From the IMG/VR virus record IMGVR_UViG_2667527965_000002: a stretch of DNA of 40,499 nt. One strand, 5' to 3'. This document shows positions 26,796-37,378 of the stretch, one piece after another. Every line of letters starts with the position of its first letter. Position 1 is the first letter of the stretch. The translations under genes were made by a program, and so were the position numbers. Below the pieces are notes generated by a model. That model worked only from the letters and a program-made list of their open reading frames with translations. It was not told the DNA's origin and searched no databases. This stretch comes from a virus. Lineage: Duplodnaviria > Heunggongvirae > Uroviricota > Caudoviricetes.

Positions 26796-26820
26796 ACCCG
26801 CTATCAAGCGGGTTTTTTTT
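26796..26820 (+). terminator. Intrinsic terminator-like hairpin directly upstream of tape measure gene
   Basis: Stem ACCCGC/GCGGGT, 6-nt loop, TTTTTTTT. Confidence 0.6.
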
Positions 26821-29800
26821 ATGGGTGAAAATATGGCTACGTTGCGCGAACTGATCATCAAAATATCTGCAAACTCTCAGTCATTCCAGTCTGAAATTTC
26901 TCGTGCTTCAAGAATGGGGAATGACTATTACCGGGTAATGCAGACTGGAGGACGCCAATCGGCCGCAGCTTCGCGTGAAACTCAGCGTGCCTTGGCTGAG
27001 GTAACTAGTCAAATAAACACCGCGAAGGCCTCAGCACTGGGAATGGCTGGTGCATTTGCTGGAGCATTTGCGACTGGTCATCTTATATCGCTGGCCGATG
27101 AATGGAGCTCTGTTAATGCCAGGCTAAAGCAGGCTTCCCAGTCGTCAGATGATTTCACGGAGTCCCAGCGGGCGCTGATGGATATTAGCCAGCGAACCGG
27201 AACCGCCTTCTCTGATAATGCGAGTCTTTTTGCGCGTTCAGCCGCTTCTATGCGTGAATATGGCTACAGTTCAGAAGAGGTTCTGAAGGTAACCGAGGCT
27301 ATATCAACAGGGCTTAAGCTGTCAGGCGCAAGCGCGTCTGAAGCGAGTTCGGTAATCACGCAGTTCAGCCAGGCTCTGGCGCAGGGTGTTCTTCGAGGCG
27401 AGGAATTTAACTCCGTCAACGAAAACGGTGATCGAGTTATCCGTGCTCTTGCCGCAGGGATGGGTGTAGCTCGTAAAGATCTGAAGGCAATGGCCGATCA
27501 GGGGATGCTAACCGCAGATAAAGTTGTCCCGGCCCTGATAAGTCAACTTGGCACTATGCGTGGTGAATTTGAGGCAATGCCGCAGACCGTTTCTGCTGCC
27601 ACGACGAAAGTCGAAAATGCTTTCATGGCATGGGTAGGTGGCGCTAATGAAGCCACTGGTGCGACAAGTACTCTTGTTGCCGTATTGAATACGGTTTCTG
27701 ACAATATAGACACTGTGGCTACGGCTGCCGGAGCTTTGGCTGCGATAGGTGGAGCTCGCTATCTTGGAGGGATGTTTGGCGATCTTGGGAACCAGACGGC
27801 GCAATTAATAGATGCCAGAAAGAACGAAATTGCGCTCGCAGCTGCAAGGGCTGAATCTGCTACCCAATCACAACGCAAGGCCGCCGCCGATGCTATTGCT
27901 GCTGAGCGAGCTTACCAGCTTGCTCAGTCAGAACTTGTGCTGGCAAAGAATACTAATGCTGAGGCTACTGCCACTCAAAATGCCATATCCAAGCGCCGGG
28001 CAATGATTACAGCAAATGCGGCACTGGTACAGTCAAACAGAGCCGTTGCAGCCTCTCAGCAGGCACTTAACTCTGCAACATCAGTGCTGGGGCTTGTAAA
28101 AACTGGCGCTACGGGTCTTTTGTCGTTAGTTGGTGGTTTGCCAGGAATTTTAATGTTGGGTGCTGGGGCGTGGTACACGATGTATCAACGCCAAGAACAA
28201 GCCAGGGAATCTGCAATCCAATATGCGGACACAATCGAGCAGGTACGAGATAATCTGAAATCAATGTCTCAGACGCAGATATCCGCCAACCTTGGACAGG
28301 CGAATATTTCACTGGATGCTCAGAATAGTGCGATTGAACAGCAGAAGCAGAAAGTTGCTGAATTATCCAATCAACTTTATAACGCAAAATTAGCAGCCAA
28401 TTCTGCTTCAGAGGGGACATGGCTGTATAACGATGCGGTTGAGAAAGCCGCAGACTTTGCTTCAGAACTTGCGGTTGAAGAAGGCCGACTTGAGCAAATG
28501 CTCAATAAAAGAAAGCAAACACAACAGTTAATAAACGACATAACTGATCAGGCTATAAATAAAACAGTAGAAATGGCTGGCGCCGTAAGTTCTCTTACAG
28601 AGATGTATGACCGGCTGAACAAGGTTTCCAGACAGTCTACAGCAGTGTCCCCACCAAAATATGCAGGACCTGTACTTCCTGCGCTTGATAATAAGCAACA
28701 ACAAGCTATTGAGAAAGCACAGCGACAGCTTGAGCTATCTGGCCTTCAGGGTTTGGATAAGGCTCGAAAGCAGGCAGAATTCGATGCATCTGATCTGAAC
28801 CTTCCAGCTGGTTGGCGTGAGAAATATGTCAGCATGGAAGTTGAGTCTGCCAGGCAATTACAAGCAATTCGTAACTCAAGCCGCCATAAGGGTGGAAAAT
28901 CCGAGGCGGAAAAAACAGCTGATACCTATGACAAGCTGATCAAGCAGCAAAAAGAGCAGATCGCTCTGCAAGGGCAGAATACCGAGCTGGCAAAGGTTAA
29001 ATATCAGGTAAGCCAGGGTGAGCTTTCTACGCTAAGTCAGGCCCAGAAAGCCGAAGTTATGCGTAATGCTGCTCTCATCGATCAGGTTAAATTGCGTGAG
29101 CAACTGCGAAATTACGAAGCCAACCTTGCTGACAGTAACGCCAGCGCCCGCGCAGCCAATGAAGCGCAACTGCTGGGCTACGGGCAGGGAACCAGGTTCC
29201 GTGAAAGACTTCAGGAGCAGTTCAATCTGCGTAAGGAGTTTGAGCAGAAGAATACCGATCTTCTCCGCCAGCGTCAGGCTGGTGAAATCGACGAGACGTT
29301 CTATCAGCAGGGGCTGGCACTTAATAAGCGCTACCTCGAAGAGCGCCTGCGCGACCAGGAGGGATATTACGCAGCTTCTGATGCGCAGCGTGACGACTGG
29401 ATGACGGGACTGTCTGAGGGTTATGCGAACTGGGTGGATGAAGCGACAGATTACTCCTCCATGGCAGCTGACGGGATGAAGCAGGCAATGGGTGGGGCGG
29501 TAACTTCGATTACTGACATGCTCAATGGTAACGTCGACAGCTGGAAGGACTGGGGTGTCAGCGTACTGAAGATCATCCAGAATGTTCTGGTCAATATGGC
29601 TGTTGCTAACGGCGTCAGTTCAATTGGTTCTCTCTTCAGCTTTGGCGCATCTTCCGCCGCTGCCGCCAGTAGCGGTACTGCAATTCAGAACGCTGGCGCG
29701 AACTTCACCTTTAACGCGAAGGGTAATGTTTACGACTCTCCGTCCCTGAGCGCATACAGCAATGGCGTTTTCCAGACGCCTCAGCTGTTTGCTTTTGCCA

Positions 29801-30087
29801 AAGGCGCAGGCGTTTTTGCCGAGGCTGGTCCGGAAGCCATTATGCCGCTTACGCGCGCCGCTGATGGTTCGCTGGGAGTTCGGGCAGTTGGTACTCCGCA
29901 GGTCTCCGGCGGTGTGCCTTCAGTTAACTTCGGCGATATCAATATTCAGGGTGGATCACCACAGGCAGCCAGTCAGGGAACCGCCGGAGCAGCAGGCAGG
30001 CAGCTTAAGGATGCCATCACTGGTGTCATTAACGAACAGGCCAGCATGCCGGGCTCGCCTCTGTGGCGATTAATCAAGGGAGTTTAA
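26821..30087 (+). CDS. Tail tape measure protein (gpH-like)
   Basis: 1088 aa, alanine/glutamine-rich coiled-coil protein in the canonical position; alternative start ATG 26833. Confidence 0.9.
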   Translation: MGENMATLRELIIKISANSQSFQSEISRASRMGNDYYRVMQTGGRQSAAASRETQRALAEVTSQINTAKASALGMAGAFAGAFATGHLISLADEWSSVNARLKQASQSSDDFTESQRALMDISQRTGTAFSDNASLFARSAASMREYGYSSEEVLKVTEAISTGLKLSGASASEASSVITQFSQALAQGVLRGEEFNSVNENGDRVIRALAAGMGVARKDLKAMADQGMLTADKVVPALISQLGTMRGEFEAMPQTVSAATTKVENAFMAWVGGANEATGATSTLVAVLNTVSDNIDTVATAAGALAAIGGARYLGGMFGDLGNQTAQLIDARKNEIALAAARAESATQSQRKAAADAIAAERAYQLAQSELVLAKNTNAEATATQNAISKRRAMITANAALVQSNRAVAASQQALNSATSVLGLVKTGATGLLSLVGGLPGILMLGAGAWYTMYQRQEQARESAIQYADTIEQVRDNLKSMSQTQISANLGQANISLDAQNSAIEQQKQKVAELSNQLYNAKLAANSASEGTWLYNDAVEKAADFASELAVEEGRLEQMLNKRKQTQQLINDITDQAINKTVEMAGAVSSLTEMYDRLNKVSRQSTAVSPPKYAGPVLPALDNKQQQAIEKAQRQLELSGLQGLDKARKQAEFDASDLNLPAGWREKYVSMEVESARQLQAIRNSSRHKGGKSEAEKTADTYDKLIKQQKEQIALQGQNTELAKVKYQVSQGELSTLSQAQKAEVMRNAALIDQVKLREQLRNYEANLADSNASARAANEAQLLGYGQGTRFRERLQEQFNLRKEFEQKNTDLLRQRQAGEIDETFYQQGLALNKRYLEERLRDQEGYYAASDAQRDDWMTGLSEGYANWVDEATDYSSMAADGMKQAMGGAVTSITDMLNGNVDSWKDWGVSVLKIIQNVLVNMAVANGVSSIGSLFSFGASSAAAASSGTAIQNAGANFTFNAKGNVYDSPSLSAYSNGVFQTPQLFAFAKGAGVFAEAGPEAIMPLTRAADGSLGVRAVGTPQVSGGVPSVNFGDINIQGGSPQAASQGTAGAAGRQLKDAITGVINEQASMPGSPLWRLIKGV

Positions 30088-30089
30088 CC

Positions 30090-30428
30090 ATGGCAGTCGA
30101 AACCTTCAGCTGGTGCCCAAAGGTTGCCTCTCAGGTTGATACAAGTTTTCGTACCCGAAAGGCGCAGTTTGGCGATGGCTATACACAGGTGGCCGGGGAC
30201 GGCATCAACCCGGTAACACCTCAGTGGAGCGTGAGCTTTACCGGCGATGAGGCTTACATTCAGGCCATTAAAAACTTTCTGAACAGACATACAGGGTGGA
30301 AGTCATTTATCTGGAAGCCGCCGCTTGAGCCTTCAGGTTTATGGCGCGCGGAATCCTTCCAGATATCTACCCACGGCAACAAAAAATACACCCTCAGCAG
30401 CACATTCATACAGGCATACCATCCATGA
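30090..30428 (+). CDS. Minor tail protein M
   Basis: FGDGYTQ and GWKSFIWKPP motifs parallel lambda M (FGDGYSQ, GWKSFLWTPP); AGGGA SD. Confidence 0.85.
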   Translation: MAVETFSWCPKVASQVDTSFRTRKAQFGDGYTQVAGDGINPVTPQWSVSFTGDEAYIQAIKNFLNRHTGWKSFIWKPPLEPSGLWRAESFQISTHGNKKYTLSSTFIQAYHP

Positions 30429-31183
30429 GTATTTCATCTGATGTCCAGAAACTGGAACCGGGTAAGCGCGTCCGCCTGATCGAGGTGGACGGCTCAGCGT
30501 TCGGTGCGGGTATTCTTCGCTTTCACAACGAGACAATCCCGCATACCGAGGCGGAAATCATCGCCGCAGGCGGCGACGAGTCAAAACTTGAGCCGAAGTC
30601 GGTGTGGTGGCAGGGGCAGGAGTATGGCGCGTGGCCGTATGAACTGACCGGCATATCTGTCAGCAGTGACGGCCAGAGTTCACGGCCTTCTCTCACCGTT
30701 GCAAACATCAGCGGTACGATTGGCGCGCTGTGCCGCAGGTTTCAGGGGATGGCTAAAGCAAAGGTGATCATCCATGACACCTTCGCTCACTACCTGGACG
30801 CAAGAAATTTTCCTGGCGGGAACCCGACAGCGAATCCCAACGAGGAGCGCAAACAGGTTTATTACATCGACCGTAAATCAGGGTCAGACGATGAAACCGT
30901 AGAGTTTGAGCTTTCCAGTCCAGCCGATTTGCGAGGGCAACTCATTCCGACCCGGCAAATTCAGCCAATGTGCACGTGGTGCATGCGGGGCTGGTACAAA
31001 ACCGGGAACGGCTGCACCTACGCCGGGCAAAACGGCTGGTTCGATAAAGACGGCAATCGGGTGGACGATCCTTCACAGGATGTTTGCTCCGGACTGCTGT
31101 CAACGGGCTGTAAACCTCGCTTCGGAGAGAATGAACAGCTGGATTATGGCGGGTTCCCCGGCGCTTCACTTCTGAGAGGATAA
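30425..31183 (+). CDS. Minor tail protein L
   Basis: ATG overlaps M stop (ATGA); C-terminal Cys cluster as in lambda L. Confidence 0.85.
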   Translation: MSISSDVQKLEPGKRVRLIEVDGSAFGAGILRFHNETIPHTEAEIIAAGGDESKLEPKSVWWQGQEYGAWPYELTGISVSSDGQSSRPSLTVANISGTIGALCRRFQGMAKAKVIIHDTFAHYLDARNFPGGNPTANPNEERKQVYYIDRKSGSDDETVEFELSSPADLRGQLIPTRQIQPMCTWCMRGWYKTGNGCTYAGQNGWFDKDGNRVDDPSQDVCSGLLSTGCKPRFGENEQLDYGGFPGASLLRG

Positions 31184-31185
31184 TC

Positions 31186-31896
31186 ATGCGCGACAAAACA
31201 GTTAGCGCCATTCTGGCGCATGCCGCCGCATCCTTCCCCGAGGAGTGCTGTGGCGTGGTTATTCAGAAGGGGCGGGTGGAGAAATACATCCCCTGCAAAA
31301 ATAATGCTGAGTCGCCGACTGAGCAATTTGAACTTAATCCTGAGGATTATGCTGCCGCCGAAGAGCAGGGCACTGTGGTGGCGATCGTCCACAGCCATCC
31401 CGGCGACGGGGCAACAACTCAGCCGAGCGAACTCGACATGCTGATGTGTGATGCCACGGAACTGCCCTGGATTATTGCATCGTGGCCGGAGGGCGACATT
31501 CGCACCGTCATGCCTCGCGGAGACCGCCCCCTCACAGGGCGCCAGTTTGTACTCGGGTATGCAGACTGCTGGTCTCTCATCATGGACTATTTCCGCATCG
31601 AGCACGGCATTGAACTGCCCAACTACAGCGTAGATCGCCACTGGTGGGAGCAGGGTGAAAATCTCTATATGGATAACTGGCAGGAATGCGGTTTCCGTGA
31701 GTACGACGGCCCCGCTCAGCCCGGTGACATGGTTATCATGCAGGTTCAGTCCACCGTCCCGAACCATGCCGGGATTTTGCTTGATGGCAACATGCTACTG
31801 CATCACATGTACGGTCAGCTAAGCCAGCGCATTCCTTACGGCGGCTATTATCGTGACCGTACCATCAAAATTCTGCGTTATAAGGATTTGATGTAA
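31186..31896 (+). CDS. Tail tip assembly protein K (JAB/MPN plus NlpC/P60 domains)
   Basis: HSHP metal-binding motif and Cys/His peptidase region; position after L. Confidence 0.85.
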   Translation: MRDKTVSAILAHAAASFPEECCGVVIQKGRVEKYIPCKNNAESPTEQFELNPEDYAAAEEQGTVVAIVHSHPGDGATTQPSELDMLMCDATELPWIIASWPEGDIRTVMPRGDRPLTGRQFVLGYADCWSLIMDYFRIEHGIELPNYSVDRHWWEQGENLYMDNWQECGFREYDGPAQPGDMVIMQVQSTVPNHAGILLDGNMLLHHMYGQLSQRIPYGGYYRDRTIKILRYKDLM

Positions 31897-32480
31897 TGGA
31901 AAGAAAAACCGTCATTAAACTCAGCGGCTCAATGGCTCAGCGATTTGGCAGGACACATCGCCGCGCACTAACGTCTGCCAGCGAAGTGTTCAGGGCGCTT
32001 TCTAACACCATTGACGGCTTTGATGCTTATCTGCGTGAAGCTCGGGCAAAGGGACTGGATTTTGTTATTTTCCGGGATCGCCGCAATATCGGACACGAAG
32101 AGTTTGAGCTCCTGGGCCCAGGGGATGAACTGAGAATAATCCCTGTAATAAGGGGAAGCAAAAGAGCGGGAGTTTTCCAGGCATTGCTCGGAACGGCTTT
32201 GGTGGCTGCGGCCATATGGATGCCAGGAGTTAGTATTGCAGCAAGTAACCTAATGTTTTCCGTAGGTGCCGCGATGGCCGTTGGCGGTGTAGTGCAAATG
32301 CTCTCTCCTCAGGTCTCAGGTCTGCGAATGCGGCAAGATCCTGATAACAAACCTTCCTATGCGTTTGGTGGACCCGTTAATACGACAGCTTCCGGTAATC
32401 CCGTTCCCCTGCTTTATGGTCAGCGAGAAATAGGCGGCGCTATTATCTCCGCCGGGATATATGCAGAAGATCAGCAATAA
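31896..32480 (+). CDS. Tail assembly protein I
   Basis: 194 aa with hydrophobic C-terminal half; between K and J. Confidence 0.75.
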   Translation: MERKTVIKLSGSMAQRFGRTHRRALTSASEVFRALSNTIDGFDAYLREARAKGLDFVIFRDRRNIGHEEFELLGPGDELRIIPVIRGSKRAGVFQALLGTALVAAAIWMPGVSIAASNLMFSVGAAMAVGGVVQMLSPQVSGLRMRQDPDNKPSYAFGGPVNTTASGNPVPLLYGQREIGGAIISAGIYAEDQQ

Positions 32481-32498
32481 ACCAAACCACCCACTGTA

Positions 32499-32523
32499 AG
32501 CCACCTAACGGTGGCTTTTTTTA
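32499..32523 (+). terminator. Intrinsic terminator-like hairpin between I and J
   Basis: Stem AGCCACC/GGTGGCT, loop TAAC, followed by T8. Confidence 0.55.
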
Positions 32524-32533
32524 TGGACGCGAT

Positions 32534-35500
32534 ATGACGACGACAATCATCAAAGGCCGCGGCAAAGGTGGCAGCAATCAGACCCGAACGCCTGTTGAGG
32601 CACCGGACAGCATTCAGTCCATTGCCAGGGCAAAAGTGCTTATTGCTCTTGGGGAGGGGGAGTTCGCCGGTGGGCTTGATGGTAAAAATATTTTCCTTGG
32701 TGACTCATCTTCATACACGCCTCTCCAGAACGCCGACGGAAGTTACAATTTCAATAATGTAAAATACGAGTTCCGTTCCGGTACTCAGGACCAGGATTAC
32801 ATTCAGGGCTTTCCGGGCATTGAAAACGAACTTCAGGTTTCATATGAGCTGAAACAGGCTGTGCCGTACGTGCGCGCGGTATCCAACACGCAGCTCTCTG
32901 CGCTGCGAATTCGCCTGGGATGGCCAACTCTTTTACTCCAGAAAAACAACGGCGATAAAGTCGGCACCCGCGTTGAGTATGCTATCGATCTGTCGGTCGA
33001 TGGCGGGCCGTATGAAACGGTGGTTAACGGTGCTGTTGATGACAAAACCACGTCGCTTTATGAGCGCAGTCACCGCGTCAATCTTCCGAAAGCCTCGACT
33101 GGATGGCAGTTGCGGGTTCGCAGAATCACGCCGGATTCCACGAGCGTGAATATCGTCGACACCATGCGCGTTGTGGCCGTTACTGAAATTATTGACGCCA
33201 AACTTCGCTACGTTAACACAGCGCTGCTGTATGTAGAGTTTGACGCAAAGCAGTTCCCTAATGGCATTCCTCAGGTTGTGTGTAATCCGAAAGGGCGAAT
33301 CATCCGTGTACCTGATACTTATGATCCCGAAACCCGCACTTATTCTGGTACATGGGAGGGCGTATTTAAATGGGCGTGGACGGATAACCCTGCCTGGATT
33401 TATTACGACATCATTCTGAACGAGCGCTTCGGGCTGGGTCAAAGAATCGATGCGACTCAGATAGACAAATGGGAACTTTATCGCATCGCCCAGTATTGCG
33501 ATCAACTGGTACCAGACGGCAAGGGCGGCAGCGGGACGGAGCCTCGTTTTCGTTGCAACGTTTATATCCAGGACCGTAATGACGCCTGGACCGTACTTCG
33601 TGATCTGGCGGGTATATTTCGCGGCATGACGTACTGGGGCGACAATAAGATGTATGTCCTGGCCGATATGCCCCGGGATGTGTGGCACATCTACAACCAC
33701 GCCAGCGTTGTTGAAGGAAAATTTACCTTTGCGGACCCGAGTGAAACCACCCGAAACACTGCCGCGCTGGTGAACTGGTCAGACCCTGCCAACCACTACA
33801 AAGATACGCCTGAGCCTGTTTACGATAGCGATCTGGCCATGCGTTTCGATTATCGTCAGCTCGAAATGACTGCGATCGGCTGCACCAGGCAGTCAGAGGC
33901 AAACCGGCGGGGGCGCTGGGCGCTGCTTACCAACGGTATCGGCGAGGTGGTGACCTTCAGCACAGGCATGGACGTCCCCCCTGTTGGTGAGGTGATCGGC
34001 GTGGCTGCTAACGAGCTGGCCGGAAGAACTATCGGCGGCAGGGTGAGTGCGGTTAACGGCCGCAACATAACCCTCGATCGCGCTGCTGATGTGAAAGCCG
34101 GTAATAGGCTGTTTTTGAATCTTCCGTCAGGCACAGCTCAGGCCAGAACCGTCCAGGCCGTTAACGGAAACACAGTCACTGTCACCACACCCTACAGCGA
34201 AACGCCGGAGGCTGAATGTAACTGGGGTGTGGACTCTGACGATCTGTTTATAGCGCTTTTCCGTGTTACGGGAACGCGGGACAACAACGACGGTACTTTC
34301 GAGGTCACCGGGACGACTTACAACCCTGATATCTATTCCGCTGTTGATACCGGCGCAAGACTGGACGAGCGGCCAGTCAGTGTCATTCCACCGGGGGTTC
34401 AGGCTCCCCCAGGAAATATTGTCGTAGACAGTTACTCTACGGTTAACCAGAACATTGCGATTACCACTATGCGCGTTGCCTGGGATTCTGTTCAGGGTGC
34501 AGTTGCGTACGAGGCGGAATGGCGGCGTGACAGCGGCAACTGGATTAGTGTGCCCCGAACGTCTTCTCTCGGCTTTGAAGTGCAGGGTATCTACTCGGGT
34601 CGCTATCTGGTCCGTGTCAGGGCGGTGAACGCCAGCGACGTTTCATCAGTATGGGCGACATCATCAGAAGTAAATCTTACGGGTAAAGTGGGCAATCCGC
34701 CGAAACCGGTTGGCTTCATCGCTTCTGAAAATGTGGTTTTCGGCATCGAGCTGAACTGGGGATTCCCGGCGAATACCGACGACACGCTGAAGACGGAAAT
34801 TCAGTATAGCCTGACCGGTACCGAGGACGATGCAATGCTGCTGGCCGATGTGCCTTACCCGCAGCGCAAATATCAGCAGATGGGCCTTAAGGCTGGGCAG
34901 ATTTTCTGGTACCGCGCGCAGCTGGTGGACCGCAGCGGCAACGAATCAGGGTACACAGAATGGGTGCGAGGACAGGCCAGCATAGATGTTTCCGACATCA
35001 CAGACGTGATCCTGGAGGAAATTAAAGACTCCGATACCTTCAAGGACCTGATCGAGAACGCGGTGGACAGCAATGAAAAAATTGCTGGCATGGCTGACGA
35101 AATTAAAAACCATGCCGACGAACTCGAGCAGCAGGCGAAAGACATCCTGGAGAACGCTGACGGGCTGGCTCAGGCCGAAGTGAAGATCGACGAGATTTCT
35201 GTGTCGATGGACGGCATGACGGGAGGAGTGAAGAACTCGGCAATCGCGATTATTCAGAATGGGCTGGCGCAGGTGGTAAGCCGTCGCTCGCAGACCGCCA
35301 CGAACGCCGGGAACAGTGCCAGTATAGACAGAGTGGATACTACGATTGCCGATACCAGCCAGGCGGTCGCACGCGCGCTGGTCACACTGGATGCAGAAGC
35401 TGGTGGCAATATCTCTAACTCAACGGACCTGACAGAAACTCTTGCTGATTTCACCCAGGCTTCGGCAACAAAAATCAACACTCTGACTGTTAAATCAGGC

Positions 35501-35995
35501 GAAAACAGTGCAGCGATAAACGTCAACGCACAGGCTATAGCAGATGTAAACGGTAACCTCAGCGCGATGTATAACATCAAGGTGGGGGTGTCCAGTAACG
35601 GGCAGTATTACGCTGCCGGGATGGGTATTGGGGTTCAAAATACACCCTCCGGCATGCAGTCACAGGTAATCTTCCTGGCAGACCGTTTCGCCGTGACTAC
35701 TATGGTCGGCGGGACTGTAACACTGCCGTTCGTTATCCAGAATGGCCAGGCCATTATCAGGGATACAGTCATTGGCGACGGGACCATAAGCAATGCAAAA
35801 ATTGGCAATTACATCCAGTCGAACAATTATGTTGCCGGCTCTGTTGGCTGGAAACTGGATAAGTCCGGGACGTTTGAGAACTACGGTTCGACAGCTGGGG
35901 AGGGAGCCATGAAGCAGACCAACCAGACAATCAGCGTCAAGGATGGCAACAACGTTCTGAGAGTGCAGGTTGGCCGATTAACGGGGGTGTTCTGA
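32534..35995 (+). CDS. Host specificity protein J (central tail fibre)
   Basis: 1153 aa; canonical position and size. Confidence 0.9.
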   Translation: MTTTIIKGRGKGGSNQTRTPVEAPDSIQSIARAKVLIALGEGEFAGGLDGKNIFLGDSSSYTPLQNADGSYNFNNVKYEFRSGTQDQDYIQGFPGIENELQVSYELKQAVPYVRAVSNTQLSALRIRLGWPTLLLQKNNGDKVGTRVEYAIDLSVDGGPYETVVNGAVDDKTTSLYERSHRVNLPKASTGWQLRVRRITPDSTSVNIVDTMRVVAVTEIIDAKLRYVNTALLYVEFDAKQFPNGIPQVVCNPKGRIIRVPDTYDPETRTYSGTWEGVFKWAWTDNPAWIYYDIILNERFGLGQRIDATQIDKWELYRIAQYCDQLVPDGKGGSGTEPRFRCNVYIQDRNDAWTVLRDLAGIFRGMTYWGDNKMYVLADMPRDVWHIYNHASVVEGKFTFADPSETTRNTAALVNWSDPANHYKDTPEPVYDSDLAMRFDYRQLEMTAIGCTRQSEANRRGRWALLTNGIGEVVTFSTGMDVPPVGEVIGVAANELAGRTIGGRVSAVNGRNITLDRAADVKAGNRLFLNLPSGTAQARTVQAVNGNTVTVTTPYSETPEAECNWGVDSDDLFIALFRVTGTRDNNDGTFEVTGTTYNPDIYSAVDTGARLDERPVSVIPPGVQAPPGNIVVDSYSTVNQNIAITTMRVAWDSVQGAVAYEAEWRRDSGNWISVPRTSSLGFEVQGIYSGRYLVRVRAVNASDVSSVWATSSEVNLTGKVGNPPKPVGFIASENVVFGIELNWGFPANTDDTLKTEIQYSLTGTEDDAMLLADVPYPQRKYQQMGLKAGQIFWYRAQLVDRSGNESGYTEWVRGQASIDVSDITDVILEEIKDSDTFKDLIENAVDSNEKIAGMADEIKNHADELEQQAKDILENADGLAQAEVKIDEISVSMDGMTGGVKNSAIAIIQNGLAQVVSRRSQTATNAGNSASIDRVDTTIADTSQAVARALVTLDAEAGGNISNSTDLTETLADFTQASATKINTLTVKSGENSAAINVNAQAIADVNGNLSAMYNIKVGVSSNGQYYAAGMGIGVQNTPSGMQSQVIFLADRFAVTTMVGGTVTLPFVIQNGQAIIRDTVIGDGTISNAKIGNYIQSNNYVAGSVGWKLDKSGTFENYGSTAGEGAMKQTNQTISVKDGNNVLRVQVGRLTGVF

Positions 35996-35996
35996 T

Positions 35997-36299
35997 ATGG
36001 CTTATGGAATACAGACCTGGGATGCTTCGGGAAACCCCAACAACTACGGAATCAAGCCCGTTTCCGTTGTTGGACGTATACAACTTGCCGCCGGACAAAA
36101 CTCCGGCAGCTGGTCTTTCACTGTACCCTCAGGAATGAAGGTCGGTTTTGCGCTCTCACTTGATGAAGGAGGTAACAGCGTAGGGAGGAGCATTGTCGCG
36201 TCAGGGAACACAATAACCGTAACCGCAGCCTCTTCTGTGGGCCTGGGTAATTACCCGGCCTCTAAATGTGAGGTGGTCGTTTTCATGGAGAAAGCATAA
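35997..36299 (+). CDS. Hypothetical protein downstream of J
   Basis: 100 aa ORF, translationally coupled to J. Confidence 0.5.
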   Translation: MAYGIQTWDASGNPNNYGIKPVSVVGRIQLAAGQNSGSWSFTVPSGMKVGFALSLDEGGNSVGRSIVASGNTITVTAASSVGLGNYPASKCEVVVFMEKA

Positions 36300-36973
36300 T
36301 GGCCGAATTTGGCGCGATGATATTAATGGATAACGGGAATCCCTTTGTAACGCCACAATCAACGCCTTTCTGTCTTTACGGGAAGTATACCTTCAATTCA
36401 TCCGCGAATGGCAGTTCTCAGCAGGTTGCTCAAAATATCGCTTTAAACGCTGATTACCCAGTGATGGTTTTTATCAAAACCACCAATACAGCACAGCCCA
36501 CTCCGGTTATGTCTTACAGGAACGGCGGTAATGTGTATGTTGCTGGTGTTAATCCCTACAACCAAAGTTTCACTTTAACGGCGTACGTTTTTGCCATATT
36601 CCCGCAGATATTACCGAAATGGGGTTTGGCAATATGGGATGCGAGCGGAAAGCTTGTGTTAACTAATGAGTCCCGTGTGCTATCAGACCTGCAGACGGTT
36701 GGCACGCCTGGTGCAAACGGCGGGATAAATATTGACCAGACGCTGAGCGGGTCATGGGCCGTTGCACCTGCTCAGTTGGGTCAGACCATCATTGTGAATA
36801 ATTCAACCCAGCCTCCGACTATCTACACGATAAATGCTTATTCTTCATGCAGGTTTGACGGGGCCAATACGAGGATAAACGCAGGGGGGACCTCCACTGG
36901 GGCAGGTTCACCTGGAGGGGGAACGAATACTGGCATTTCATTAACCGCCATAAATACAGCGGCCTATGATTGA
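36299..36973 (+). CDS. Hypothetical protein downstream of J
   Basis: 224 aa ORF; start overlaps upstream stop. Confidence 0.5.
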   Translation: MAEFGAMILMDNGNPFVTPQSTPFCLYGKYTFNSSANGSSQQVAQNIALNADYPVMVFIKTTNTAQPTPVMSYRNGGNVYVAGVNPYNQSFTLTAYVFAIFPQILPKWGLAIWDASGKLVLTNESRVLSDLQTVGTPGANGGINIDQTLSGSWAVAPAQLGQTIIVNNSTQPPTIYTINAYSSCRFDGANTRINAGGTSTGAGSPGGGTNTGISLTAINTAAYD

Positions 36974-37084
36974 TTGATCGTTTTTAGCGATCAATAACAT
37001 AATATTGATCTATCCAATCAATTATACCCACCAGAATTGTATTGGTATCGTCTAAGATACTGAATTCCTCTGGATACTATCAAA

Positions 37085-37318
37085 ATGAGAAAACTGATTA
37101 TCTGCATGGCAGGCGCTGTCATGCTTACAGGATGCGCTGGCGTAATTGAGAAACAGGAACCAGTTTGCAGCGGCACTGCAATCGTTGGCGGTCAGGAAAC
37201 TACGGTTCAGATTTACGGTGTGCGTAAACAAAACAACCAGACGCAGTACCGGGCTGGATATCCTTTCAGCTGGCGCTGGGTAAGTGCGAATACATTTACC
37301 GAAACAACCTGCAAATAA
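37085..37318 (+). CDS. Small lipoprotein (possible Cor-like superinfection-exclusion protein)
   Basis: 77 aa; signal peptide with lipobox LTGC; own terminator; located between J region and tail fibre gene. Confidence 0.5.
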   Translation: MRKLIICMAGAVMLTGCAGVIEKQEPVCSGTAIVGGQETTVQIYGVRKQNNQTQYRAGYPFSWRWVSANTFTETTCK

Positions 37319-37339
37319 CCCACTACGCTTAAACATAAA

Positions 37340-37362
37340 CCTCGCTCCGGCGGGGTTTTTTT
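37340..37362 (+). terminator. Rho-independent terminator
   Basis: Stem CCTCGC/GCGGGG (one G-U pair), loop TCCG, followed by T7. Confidence 0.6.
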
Positions 37363-37378
37363 ATTGCCTGGAGAAAAT

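Noticed and set aside
31144-31767. 207-aa minus-strand ORF inside the K gene
   Set aside because: Antisense shadow ORF within the tail tip assembly gene
32933-33700. 255-aa minus-strand ORF inside the J gene
   Set aside because: Antisense shadow ORF within a high-confidence tail gene
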